Part shown: piece after piece, positions 62,636 through 64,000 of the stretch
How positions within the stretch are numbered: position 1 is the stretch's first letter
Layout of the letters: each line of letters begins with the position of its first letter
Assembly: GCF_009914755.1 (NCBI RefSeq)
Contig: NC_060942.1
Source of the DNA: the human T2T-CHM13v2.0 reference genome, Homo sapiens
Reading direction: 5' to 3' (one strand)
Length of the DNA stretch: 64,000 nucleotides
Made by a program: the position numbers and the translations under genes
Notes under the pieces: model-generated
The model's input: only the letters and a program-made list of their open reading frames with translations
Told to the model about the DNA's origin: nothing
Databases searched by the model: none

Positions 62636-63177
62636 AATCGCAGAGAATCCTCATAAGGAGAGTTTAGGAGATAGTCATTTAAAGACCGCAAGTCATTGTG
62701 CATCGTCTCGGATAAAGTAACACAAAAAGACCTTTTGTAAGTAAGACACGATTCACATTTGCCTTAAATGTAAAGGTATTATATAATCTAGATATGTTCT
62801 GGTATCTAAGATGTAATGTAGAAGAATAAAAAAGGTAAGTCATAAGTTATCAGCTTCTTATTTGATTCCCATACTTACATTGTAAAACCATTAGAAGTAT
62901 GTCTGCAAATCATCCAGAATTACACATCTTTGCAGAGTAATCAGTGGCTAAAAGAAAACAGCAATGGTAGGAAGTAGATTTGTTTTTAGAGCAAACACCC
63001 AGATTTCTGAGCTTCAGCTTGTACTGAAGTATTTCTAGGAACAGGGCCTTCAAAGATTTATCCATAAATGCTCTGGAACATTGAGGAAATGTGTTCAGAG
63101 ATAGGAAAGACAGAAAAATAATTGATCAATAAAACTTTGTATTTTAAATTTTAATATAAATTTCCTTCATAACAATA

Positions 63178-64000
63178 TTTTATTTCATTTTACTTTAAGT
63201 TCCAGGATATATGTGCAGAAAATGCAGGTTTGTTACATGGGCATACATGTACCATGGTGGTTTGCTGCACCTATCAACCCATTGTCTAGGTTTTAAGCCC
63301 TGCATGCATTAGGTATTTGTCCTAATGCTCTCCCTCCCCTTGCCCCCACCCACCACTAGGCCCTGTTGTGTGTGGTTCCCCTGTGTCCATGTGTTCTCAT
63401 TGTTCAACTCCTGCCTATGAGTGAGAACATACGGTGTTTGATTTTCTGTTTTGTGTTAGTTTGCTGAGGATGATGGCTTCCAGCTTCATCCATGTCCCTG
63501 CAAAAGACATGATCTCATTCTTTTTTATGGCTGCATAGTATTCCACGGTGTATTTGTACCACATTTTCTTTATCCAGTCTATCATTGATGGGCATTTGGG
63601 TTGGTTCCATGTCTTTGCTACTGTAAATGGTGCTGCAATAAACATACATGTGCATGTATATTTACAGTAGAATGATTTATATTTCTTTGGGTATTTACCC
63701 AGTAACGGGATTGCTGGGTCAAATGGTATTTCTGGGTTCTAGATCCTTGAGGAATCACCACACTGTCTTCCACAATGGTTGAACTAATTTACATTCCCAC
63801 CAACAGTGTAAAAGCATTTCTATTTCTCCACAGCCTCACCAGCATCTATTGTTTCTTGACTTTTTAATAATTGTCATTCTGACTGGCATGAGATGATATC
63901 TCATTGTGGTTTTGATTTGCATTTATCTAATGATCATTGATGTACAGCTTTTTTTCATATGTTTGTTGGCCACATAAATGTCTTCTTTTGAGAAGTGTCT
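63178..64000 (-). mobile_element. L1PA (PA7/8-like) 3' end, running off the window
   Basis: Antisense 3'UTR and ORF2 C-terminus [29 protein letters not shown]. Confidence 0.93.

Overview
Human-type genomic DNA: it is Alu/L1-rich and carries a human-specific L1HS-Ta element. No intact host protein-coding exon is visible. The window opens with a ~2.4 kb CpG-island promoter holding a non-coding minus-strand first exon (strong donor at 2082/2083). I tentatively recall this as HIVEP2 but cannot verify it. The remaining ~60 kb is upstream, intergenic-type sequence made mostly of transposon relics (L1, L2, MIR, Alu, MaLR/ERVL LTRs, MER6/MER33/MER53) plus a 1.6 kb alternating purine-pyrimidine tract. 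Nearly all listed ORFs are GC, repeat or L1 artefacts. The most notable observations are structural. (1) A young L1HS Ta-0 copy has no TSD, and its 5' breakpoint falls on the same ORF2 nucleotide as an older, oppositely oriented L1PA lying 3.7 kb away tail-to-tail. (2) Several locally templated insertions were copied from 1-2 kb away, some inverted. (3) There are tail-less internal Alu and L1 fragments. Repeat subfamily names come from recalled consensus sequences and are approximate.
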